Source of the DNA: a bacterium
GTDB lineage: Bacteria; SZUA-182; DTGQ01; JAFGSM01
Reading direction: 5' to 3'
DNA length: 46,543 bases
Assembly: GCA_049472335.1 (NCBI GenBank)
Contig: JBLIRO010000040.1
Coordinates: forward strand, 1-46,543
Both the position numbers and the translations under genes were made by a program. This document shows positions 19,712 through 27,967 of the stretch, piece by piece. Each line of letters opens with the position of its first letter. Position 1 is the first letter of the stretch. The notes under the pieces were generated by a model. It worked only from the letters and a program-made list of their open reading frames with translations. It was not told the origin of the DNA and ran no database searches.

Positions 19712-20566
19712 ATGAATACATTTAAAACCGCCTTACTAATGATAGCACTCACTGTGCTCCTGGTGCTGGCCGGAGGGGCACTGGGAGGAAGACAGGGATT
19801 GGTTGTCGCCCTCGTTATGGCCACCATGATGAATTTCTTTTCCTACTGGTTCAGTGACAAGATTGTTCTTAAGATGTACAGGGCCCGTGAGATAAGCAGA
19901 GAAGAAGACCCGGAGTTGTACGATATTGTTTCAGAACTGGCGGAACGTGCAGGTTTGCCCATGCCCAAGGTTTATATATGCCCCCAAAACACTCCAAACG
20001 CTTTTGCAACAGGCAGAAATCCAAAACACGCAGCAGTAGCAGTCACACGGGGTATTCGAAGTATGCTGACAAGGGAGGAGCTGTCCGGTGTCCTCGGGCA
20101 CGAGTTGGCCCACGTACAGCATCGCGATATCTTGATTGGTTCTATTGCCGCTATCATTGCCGGGGCCATAACCTTTCTCGCGTCAATTGCCAGGTGGGGG
20201 CTTATATTCGGAGGGATTGGCGGGGGCAACCGGGACAGAGGGGGAGAGGGGAATATACTGGCATATCTGATCATGATGATTCTTGCTCCTCTCGCGGCTA
20301 TGCTTATCCAGATGGCTATCTCCAGATCCAGGGAGTATGCGGCGGATGCAGACGGAGCAAAAATTAGCGGCAATCCGCTCGGATTAGCCAGCGCGCTCAG
20401 AAAGCTTCAGATAGCCAACAGACAAATACCTATGCAGGCAAATCCTTCAACTGCCCATATGTTCATCATGAATCCTCTAAGTGCTCGTGGGATACAGAGT
20501 CTTTTCAGCACGCATCCCGATTCTGAGGAACGAATAGCGAGACTGGAGAGAATGGCAGGCTATTGA
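19712..20566 (+). CDS. htpX: M48 zinc metalloprotease HtpX
   Basis: [29 protein letters not shown]. Confidence 0.96.
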   Translation: MNTFKTALLMIALTVLLVLAGGALGGRQGLVVALVMATMMNFFSYWFSDKIVLKMYRAREISREEDPELYDIVSELAERAGLPMPKVYICPQNTPNAFATGRNPKHAAVAVTRGIRSMLTREELSGVLGHELAHVQHRDILIGSIAAIIAGAITFLASIARWGLIFGGIGGGNRDRGGEGNILAYLIMMILAPLAAMLIQMAISRSREYAADADGAKISGNPLGLASALRKLQIANRQIPMQANPSTAHMFIMNPLSARGIQSLFSTHPDSEERIARLERMAGY

Positions 20567-20753
20567 TCTTTTACTTTTTTCTGTTTTTGAGTCTATATTT
20601 TTATATGTCGTATCTTTTAAACACTATTTTCATTTGAAAGTCGATGCTTAGAAATTTTTAGCTTTCTAATCGAATAGAATATTCATTATTGTTTTGTTAA
20701 AAACTAATACATCTCCTTTTGAATTTCGTATTCTAAAATCCTCGAATTAATGA

Positions 20754-20769
20754 TGGCATTGTTTTTGCA
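20754..20769 (+). promoter_or_regulatory. Putative sigma54 promoter of the Gly/Tyr-rich gene
   Basis: TGGCAT-TGTTT-TTGCA, near-consensus -24/-12. Confidence 0.75.
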
Positions 20770-20931
20770 TTATTATAAGTGAAACTGAAGTTTTTTGGAA
20801 TTTTTTAACAACATATTTTTAATAGATTTGAAGATTCAAAAAAGGGGGTGTTTTTTAAAATAATTTATTGTATTTGAGTTTTCAAGGAGTTTGAATAAGG
20901 AGTGTAAATCTCGGTTGAAGGAGTAAGATTT

Positions 20932-21765
20932 ATGAAGTTATCTCAGGGGTGTGAAAAAATTTTCTTTTTTATGACTGTAATTATCATTCTTTCCCTCTTG
21001 TCAGTGCCTGCCTTTGCTCAATACAGTTATCCTTATTATTATGGCAGCAGCAGTTATCCCTCATATTACAGCGGCTATTATGGCAGTTCTTATGGGTATT
21101 ATGGTGGCAGCTATCCATCCTATGGTGGTTATGGTTATGGAGGATATGGTTATCCCTATGGTGGTAGTTATGGATATAGCGGCTACGGATACGGTGGATA
21201 TGGCGGTTACGGTGGCTACGGATATGGAGGATATGGTTATCCCTATGGTGGTGGTTATGGATACAGCGGCTATGGATATGGCTCTCCTTATGGATATGGT
21301 GGATATGGCGGTTACGGTGGTTACGGGTATGGCGGCGGTTATGGCATGTCCGGCTCTCCTTACGGATACAGTGGGTATGGCGGCGGTTACGGCATGTCCG
21401 GTTCTCCTTACGGATACAGTGGGTATGGCGGCGGTTACGGCATGTCCGGATCTCCTTACGGATACGGTGGATATGGCGGCGGTTACGGTTCTCCTTACGG
21501 ATACGGTGGATATGGTGGTTATGGCATGTACGGATCTCCTTACGGATACGGTGGATATGGTGGTTATGGCATGTATGGTTTAGGTGGCCTTGGCATGTCC
21601 GGTCTTGGCGGCCTTGGCATGTACGGTCTTGGTGGCCTTGGCATGTATGGTCTTGGTGGTCTTGGCTTGTATAGTGGTCTCGGTGGCCTTGGTGGTTTAG
21701 CCGGACTTCAGATGAGCCTTGCTCTCTATGGACCTCTTGGTTCCGGCCTTGGACTCTTATTTTAA
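20932..21765 (+). CDS. Secreted Gly/Tyr-rich low-complexity repeat protein
   Basis: AAGGAG SD, Sec signal ending AFA|Q, YGGYG / GMSGSPYGYSGYGGGY / GMYGLGGL repeats, terminator downstream. Confidence 0.85.
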   Translation: MKLSQGCEKIFFFMTVIIILSLLSVPAFAQYSYPYYYGSSSYPSYYSGYYGSSYGYYGGSYPSYGGYGYGGYGYPYGGSYGYSGYGYGGYGGYGGYGYGGYGYPYGGGYGYSGYGYGSPYGYGGYGGYGGYGYGGGYGMSGSPYGYSGYGGGYGMSGSPYGYSGYGGGYGMSGSPYGYGGYGGGYGSPYGYGGYGGYGMYGSPYGYGGYGGYGMYGLGGLGMSGLGGLGMYGLGGLGMYGLGGLGLYSGLGGLGGLAGLQMSLALYGPLGSGLGLLF

Positions 21766-21828
21766 ATAAACAAGACATGATCAGGACTACCCATCTATTC
21801 CCCCCCAGATGAGGTCCTGATTTGTTTG

Positions 21829-21870
21829 GGGCCGTATCCTGCTCTTCACAGGATGCGGCCCTTCTTTTTT
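21829..21870 (+). terminator. Intrinsic terminator
   Basis: 13 bp stem gggccgtatcctg / caggatgcggccc (one G-U) followed by ttctttttt. Confidence 0.88.
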
Positions 21871-21995
21871 ATGCAAAGCTTTACACAAATATATTAAATC
21901 CAGCCATAAGGTCACTGAATACAAAACAATTCATGTCTTACTCAGAATCGTATTTGTTCTTTGTGTTTGTATCTTAACAGCAGATTTATTGCTAT

Positions 21996-22223
21996 CTATC
22001 TAATTTTATGAATTAAGTAAAAAAGAAGGGTCAAAATAAGGCTTATAACTATACATGTGGCAACTGGAAAATAAAGATCGAAATTCCCTTTCTTTATATG
22101 AATATCTCCGGGTAGCTTACCAACCAAGGGTATTTTTGCCCCAAAAACAATCAACACACCAACCACTACAAGCAAGATGCCCAGAATAACAAGCAGCTTA
22201 CCTAAGGATACAAATTCATCCAT
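21996..22223 (-). CDS. DUF2905 family small membrane protein
   Basis: GKLPGDIHI...YFPVATCIVISLILT. Confidence 0.85.
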   Translation of the reverse strand: MDEFVSLGKLLVILGILLVVVGVLIVFGAKIPLVGKLPGDIHIKKGNFDLYFPVATCIVISLILTLLFYLIHKIR

Positions 22224-22275
22224 TTTAAATTCCCGATCAAGTAATGATGGACTCGTAAAAAGTCATTTAGTCGTC

Positions 22276-23055
22276 CTAACGGGTTACGAAGTTTTTAATA
22301 GCCCAGCGGATCTTTTCCATATTTACCAATGTATTTACGCAAGGCCCTTCAGGTCTTTGGTTCAAAATGCCATAAACAGGAATAGGAAAACAATCTATTA
22401 TCCCGCTGGAAAGGTCCCTGGGACAGGCTACCGCTATGACAGCGTCCGGCCGATAGTCCACTATATGTTTCCTGGCCAAGGTTCCACCGGTGGCGACCCA
22501 ACCCATAATGCCATAGTCTTCCAAAAGGGATATGATTTCTGCAATCTGGCAGCGGCCGCATCTTTTGCAGCTTCTGATATCCTTTGTAATCCTGAACGCG
22601 CAATCACTATTTTGCAGGCACTGAGGCAGAAGGATCATTATCTTTTCAGGCTTCACTGAAATACCCTTGATCTGAACCAGGTGATTATTTATATCAATAA
22701 AAGAACGTTGTATCCTTTCTTCCGAAATCCTAAAAATACGTCCTACCAGGATCATTAAAGGGAAAAGATATCGAGACACTAGTCTGCGAATAGGCGAAAA
22801 AAACCATGTATCTTTACCTAGTAAGAGGATCTTGAGAAACAGGATTATTCCAATCAAGATCAAAAAAAGAAATCCACCCATAATAAAACCTATAATCCTA
22901 GGCAATAGTGGGTGGATCTGATAAAAACCAGGATAGGTTAGTTTCCAGAAAAGATACACCCCAAGACTCAGGCAAAGCAAGCAACTGAACAGGAGAAAAA
23001 TAAATGTTTTCTCATAAGATTTATTACATTGTTCTTTGAAATTTCGAATGGTCAT
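22276..23055 (-). CDS. DUF116 family membrane protein
   Basis: LLPQCL, CKRCGRC, VATGGTLAR, AVAC...GPCVNT; next to fmt. Confidence 0.85.
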   Translation of the reverse strand: MTIRNFKEQCNKSYEKTFIFLLFSCLLCLSLGVYLFWKLTYPGFYQIHPLLPRIIGFIMGGFLFLILIGIILFLKILLLGKDTWFFSPIRRLVSRYLFPLMILVGRIFRISEERIQRSFIDINNHLVQIKGISVKPEKIMILLPQCLQNSDCAFRITKDIRSCKRCGRCQIAEIISLLEDYGIMGWVATGGTLARKHIVDYRPDAVIAVACPRDLSSGIIDCFPIPVYGILNQRPEGPCVNTLVNMEKIRWAIKNFVTR

Positions 23056-23130
23056 AATATCGATCTGCTTACTTTGAAATAGTTTGATTTTTATATACTA
23101 ATCCAGACCAAAACGAAGCCAGAGGCTTGC

Positions 23131-24087
23131 CTAAAACGTATCCGGAAACCGGCTGAATATTTTACCGATCGGGCTTAATCGACAGCCACTTATAAAGGAA
23201 TGAGCACTCATCCTCTTTTTGCTTTCCGGCTGAACCTCCTTCACGGCAAGCTTACCTTTACCTGTCTGGACTATCAATCCACCATCGGCATCTAACCCGC
23301 AAATCATACCGGGTTTAGCATTTTCTTTATCTCCCTCAACAGGAACAGCATTCCAAATCTTGACCAGTCGCCCGTCAAGAAAGGTAAATGCCCCCGGGGA
23401 AGGATTTATCCCCCGTATAAGATTGAATAAGGAATTATTGTCTTTGTTCCAATCTAAACGACCTATTTCCTTATCCAGTTTTGGCGCCGTAGTTGAACCA
23501 TCCTTTGGTTGATTTAGCGGGCGGATAAGACCTTTAGTATACTCTTTCAGGGTCCTGATTACGAGATCGGCTCCCAAAAGAGATAAACGGTCATAAAGGC
23601 TCCCCGCGGTATCTTCGAAAAAAATAGGTGTTTTTGCCTGCAAAAGTATAGGACCTGTATCCATACCTTCATCCATAATCATTGTTGTAACACCGGTCTC
23701 TTTTTCCCCCTCTATAATTGCCCAGTTTACCGGAGCTGCCCCCCTATAAAGGGGAAGGAGGGAAGCATGCAGATTGATACACCCTAATGATGTGCTATGA
23801 AGGAGCCAGGAAGGCAGGATAAATCCGAACGCAACTACCACTGCTACATCCGGTCTAAGTTCAGACCATAAATGACCGATTTCTTCTTTCTTCAAATTAG
23901 GCGGCTGAAAAACAGGAAGATTAAGAGTCCGAGCCATTTCTTTAACAGGAGGGGGTTGAATAATCTGCCCCCTTCCTTTTGGACGATCTGCTTGTGTAAA
24001 TACCCCGATTATATCAAAACCTGATTCTACCAATGCTTTTAAAGTAGGACAGGCAAAATTCGGGGTTCCCATAAATAGGACCAGCAT
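23131..24087 (-). CDS. fmt: Methionyl-tRNA formyltransferase
   Basis: FMGTPNFA, NLHASLLP, RGAAP, MDEGMDTG. Confidence 0.97.
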   Translation of the reverse strand: MLVLFMGTPNFACPTLKALVESGFDIIGVFTQADRPKGRGQIIQPPPVKEMARTLNLPVFQPPNLKKEEIGHLWSELRPDVAVVVAFGFILPSWLLHSTSLGCINLHASLLPLYRGAAPVNWAIIEGEKETGVTTMIMDEGMDTGPILLQAKTPIFFEDTAGSLYDRLSLLGADLVIRTLKEYTKGLIRPLNQPKDGSTTAPKLDKEIGRLDWNKDNNSLFNLIRGINPSPGAFTFLDGRLVKIWNAVPVEGDKENAKPGMICGLDADGGLIVQTGKGKLAVKEVQPESKKRMSAHSFISGCRLSPIGKIFSRFPDTF

Positions 24088-24091
24088 CTTT

Positions 24092-24607
24092 TTAAGGTTG
24101 TCTTTTCTTTTTCTTTATTTTTTTTAGATAGCGCATTTTTATGAAATCGCGTTTTATAATGTTCATTCGTTCTATAAACAATATGCCATCAAGATGATCA
24201 ATCTCATGCTGGAATACCCTGGCCAATAAATCCTCACCAACAAGGCGACTTTCTTTTCCTTTGATATCAATAAATTCGACTTCCACCCTCTGAGCCCTTT
24301 TCACCTGTCCAAATGTCTCAGGAAAACTAAGGCAGCCTTCCTCCTCAAAGGTTGTTCCCTCAGATGAAATAATCCTGGGATTAATCATGACCAACGGCGC
24401 CCTTCTTTTACCCAGAGATTGATCTATAACAACCAAACGGGAGCTGACCCCTACCTGCGGCGCAGCCAGGCCAATACCGGGTGCATAATACATTGTATCC
24501 GTCATGTCTTTAATCAGCTTTTCGAGGATTCCGTCAATATCTGAAACCTCTTCCGCCTTCTTTTTTAACATCGGATCGGGATACGTGTAAATCTTTATCC
24601 ATCCCAT
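24092..24607 (-). CDS. def: Peptide deformylase
   Basis: GIGLAAPQVG, EGCLS, QHEIDHLDG. Confidence 0.97.
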   Translation of the reverse strand: MGWIKIYTYPDPMLKKKAEEVSDIDGILEKLIKDMTDTMYYAPGIGLAAPQVGVSSRLVVIDQSLGKRRAPLVMINPRIISSEGTTFEEEGCLSFPETFGQVKRAQRVEVEFIDIKGKESRLVGEDLLARVFQHEIDHLDGILFIERMNIIKRDFIKMRYLKKIKKKKRQP

Positions 24608-25159
24608 TTAAATATTCTCCAAAGCATCAAATAGACAACGTGTAATTTTAACTGTCCGTTTAAATTATCTATCATAAGAAGATTCTGAAATATTTATTAC
24701 TACAAAGCAACCAAAAACATAGATTTTAATGCCGCACAAGTTTCTTAAATTTTAAAGCTTGTTTCTAATATAATATGTTATCTCTTTTTTGTCCACCTAT
24801 TTTCCAGCGTAATATAGTAAAATCCTTTTCTTTGAGGGTAAAAAATAAAAAAAATAATAACCAACTCATATACTTGATGAAATCAATTTTATTGAGATAA
24901 TTATATTAAACAGTTATATTTGTAACGAAAAATTTGCATCACTATGAAAAAAATTTCTTTAGATTTGGCAATTGATTTTATTAACATTAAGCAAATATTA
25001 TACTTTTTTATTATTAAATGTCAAGGTCTGGCCCCATTTTAATACGCTAATATCAAAGTCAAATATAAACTATATGTATTCCGTGCTCTTTTTGGTAAGG
25101 TATGAATATATCTGATCCAGTTATGACTGTTGAAAGAATGCAAAAGTTATAGAGAATAG

Positions 25160-25189
25160 GGGGGATGCCTAATTAGGCATCCCCCTTTT
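25160..25189. terminator. Hairpin, probable terminator downstream of the lipoprotein gene
   Basis: gggggatgcct-aatt-aggcatccccc; short T run on the + side only. Confidence 0.55.
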
Positions 25190-25251
25190 ATATTAATTAT
25201 ATTAATTTTTATCAAATCTAATTTAAAGGTCATTCTTCATAATTCAACATC

Positions 25252-25767
25252 CTAGTGTATTTGAATATTACCGCTCATCAAGGTCCCTAAATAATTGGGC
25301 GGAATACCAATAAATGAATCAATCCAAATCTCCACCCTGTCTCCGGCTTGGACTCCCGGCTCGCCATTGTCAATAAAATGGGCTTCCAGGAAATGTCCAT
25401 ATTCCCCGTTTATCGAGCATTCTCCCCAAAAAATGGATTGTGTCTCTTCATATGGAAAGGCCGGATCTTCAGTGAAAGCGCCCAAAAACTCCCCGTGAAT
25501 TATTGTCTTGGCATCTAGATCAATGAGCTGAAATTGTCCTTTTGCTGTTTCTCCAGGTGGATACATAGGATTAGGATGGTATGCCACTTCTCCTGTAGGC
25601 TGGGCTGTAAAAGCAATCATTATTTTATGATCGAGAGCTGGCCACCCGTCATTGATGAACCATCCTCCTCCGTTTATTTTTTTGCAGCCTGATATAACCA
25701 GGACTAACATACATACTAAAAAGATAGATAAAGCCATTCTTGTTCTCATCTTTGTCATTATGATCAC
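25252..25767 (-). CDS. Putative lipoprotein with a GGGW-starting beta-rich domain
   Basis: Basic N-region, hydrophobic stretch, lipobox VISG|C, then KKINGGGWF...FIDNGEPG...GNIQIH. Confidence 0.7.
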   Translation of the reverse strand: MIIMTKMRTRMALSIFLVCMLVLVISGCKKINGGGWFINDGWPALDHKIMIAFTAQPTGEVAYHPNPMYPPGETAKGQFQLIDLDAKTIIHGEFLGAFTEDPAFPYEETQSIFWGECSINGEYGHFLEAHFIDNGEPGVQAGDRVEIWIDSFIGIPPNYLGTLMSGNIQIH

Positions 25768-26373
25768 TCCTTTTTATTTTTTTGCGATTATAAGGTTTTT
25801 ATAAATAGACAAGCTATACTCTTAATACCTTTAATACAATCAAGGCCATCACCCCCTTTATCATCGTAGAGTCTTTCCTTATGTAAATACTGAAATGAAT
25901 GGCAATATCAGAAAATAATTCTCACAAGATACCGATAGATTTTCTTCTCATCGGGCCCTAATCTTTAGGTCCTATTATGCATCTTGTACTTAAATCAAAG
26001 GTGATTTTTCTCAGATGAGACAGAGTATAATACTAACCGAAAATAATCTTTTATTCGAAGCTCGAATATATTGAACCGGATCTGAATGAACAGTTAAAAA
26101 TCAATACATGATAGGCATTTTTCAAAACAAACACATATAACACTCTTTGTTATTTATTCACTATAATTAATTATATATACCAAGCCTTAATATTGTCAAT
26201 ATTTCATCAGCAATTTTAATCTTAGGTCTGAATCCTTATCTCTGAAATACCCTTGCAAATTAAAAGACCATATCTATAAACAACCTGCTTTTTCTAAATT
26301 TTTTGATATTTCATTGACCTTTAAGAAAGATATGGGATAAAATATATATATACAGGAAAAAAGGATATTTCCC

Positions 26374-27153
26374 ATGACTGATTTTTTCAAAATTATCCAT
26401 CATGGACCAGATCTTGTTTTTATCCTTCCGGTGCTCATTCTTCCGATACTTACACTTGTATTCGGGTGTAACTCGTCCCATAAGGGATTACCTCCTGAAA
26501 AAGACACAACAAAAGGAGTAGATTCATTCAAAGATGCCAGAATAAGCATGGTTGCAACCCAGATCAAGGCGAGAGGAATCAAGGACCCCCTGGTGCTCAA
26601 AGCCATGTCCGAAGTAAAGCGCCATTTATTCGTACCAAAACACCTCTGGGATTCTGCCTATAATGACTATCCTCTTCCAATCGGACACGGGCAGACCATA
26701 TCCCAACCTTATATTGTTGCCTTGATGACGGAATTGCTTGAACTTAGAGGAGGAGAAAAGGTTTTGGAAATAGGCACTGGCTCCGGTTATCAGGCAGCAG
26801 TCCTGGCAGAAATAGCAGGAGAGGTTTTTACAATAGAGATAGTGGAAGGCCTCGCCCGCACCGCAAAAGAAAGGTTGGATAATCTCGGATATACCAATGT
26901 CCATGTCAGGGCTGGTGATGGATATCAGGGATGGCCGGAAGAGGCGCCTTTCGATGCCATTATAATCACCGCCGCCCCTGACCACATACCTGATCCCCTG
27001 CTTCAACAACTCAAGCTGGATGGAGTAATAGTTATGCCTATGGGATCTTATTTCCAGGACCTTTTCCGAATAAGAAAGACCAAAAAAGGAATTATAAAAG
27101 AAAACATTGCGCCCGTCCGGTTTGTCCCCATGACAGGAGAGGCAGAGAAATAA
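26374..27153 (+). CDS. pcm: Protein-L-isoaspartate O-methyltransferase with hydrophobic N-terminal extension
   Basis: GQTISQPYIV, VLEIGTGSGYQAA, GDGYQGWPEEAPFD, VRFVPM. Confidence 0.95.
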   Translation: MTDFFKIIHHGPDLVFILPVLILPILTLVFGCNSSHKGLPPEKDTTKGVDSFKDARISMVATQIKARGIKDPLVLKAMSEVKRHLFVPKHLWDSAYNDYPLPIGHGQTISQPYIVALMTELLELRGGEKVLEIGTGSGYQAAVLAEIAGEVFTIEIVEGLARTAKERLDNLGYTNVHVRAGDGYQGWPEEAPFDAIIITAAPDHIPDPLLQQLKLDGVIVMPMGSYFQDLFRIRKTKKGIIKENIAPVRFVPMTGEAEK

Positions 27154-27160
27154 TAATCAT

Positions 27161-27967
27161 TTAAAATGCCGGAAAATCTTCCGGAGTGATGATTTTTATA
27201 TCAGGAGACGGGGTAAATTGGAAAAGATCAGGAGACATTTCCTGATTGATTACGAATTTATCAAAATCGATTCTGTTCAGATTTCCTGACGCCTCCTCAA
27301 CCTCTATGGCTGCCAATGAAAACCGCTCCACTCTCACTTCTATACTGATCTTTTTGATTGCAACCTCTGTATCCCTTGGCTTTAGAAGTATAGCATAGCC
27401 AAAAAGGCCTTTCTCTTTTTTATCCTCTTTATTATCCTCATTCTTCTCTTCTTCCCGGTATATCTCTTCAATTCCCATGATTTCAAAATCCTTCTCCAGT
27501 TGCATATTTTCACCCAAAATCGACATGGGGCTTATGGTCCTGAATGCCTCTTTCTTTTCTCTTTTTATCAACTGCTTATCTTCCGGCACATACCAAAAGA
27601 ACCCCTGCTCATTAATAACAATGAGATCTTGTTGAGGAGAGAGGTATTCCCAGCGCATCAACCCGGGCTTTTTAAACCAGACCTCCCCTCTTGCTTCTTG
27701 TTCTTCTCCCCAGTGAGGGTGCAATGTCTTTTGATGAAAATCCGCTTTAAGTGAGGTCACTTTTCCATACCAGTCTTTAAATCCTTCTAACACATCCGGT
27801 GCCATTTCCGTCTGAGCCCAAACCCTTTTAAGAAAAACAGAGTCTGACACACTAAAAACCAGAACAAATTCACAAATACATATCATTACAATAAGACAGA
27901 TGAGTGACTTATAAAGCAATGCTTGCCTCTCAGCGCTTCGGTTATTTAAAAAATTATATGGCCTCAT
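27161..27967 (-). CDS. lolA: Outer-membrane lipoprotein carrier LolA
   Basis: ADFHQ, KKPGLMRWEY, WYVPEDKQ, FQFTP; follows ftsK. Confidence 0.85.
   Translation of the reverse strand: MRPYNFLNNRSAERQALLYKSLICLIVMICICEFVLVFSVSDSVFLKRVWAQTEMAPDVLEGFKDWYGKVTSLKADFHQKTLHPHWGEEQEARGEVWFKKPGLMRWEYLSPQQDLIVINEQGFFWYVPEDKQLIKREKKEAFRTISPMSILGENMQLEKDFEIMGIEEIYREEEKNEDNKEDKKEKGLFGYAILLKPRDTEVAIKKISIEVRVERFSLAAIEVEEASGNLNRIDFDKFVINQEMSPDLFQFTPSPDIKIITPEDFPAF

Noticed and set aside
20984..21778. His/Arg-rich antisense ORF and the 21014..21583 MAAV-repeat ORF
   Set aside because: Shadows of the GGY codon repeats; the Gly/Tyr frame has the SD, signal peptide and terminator
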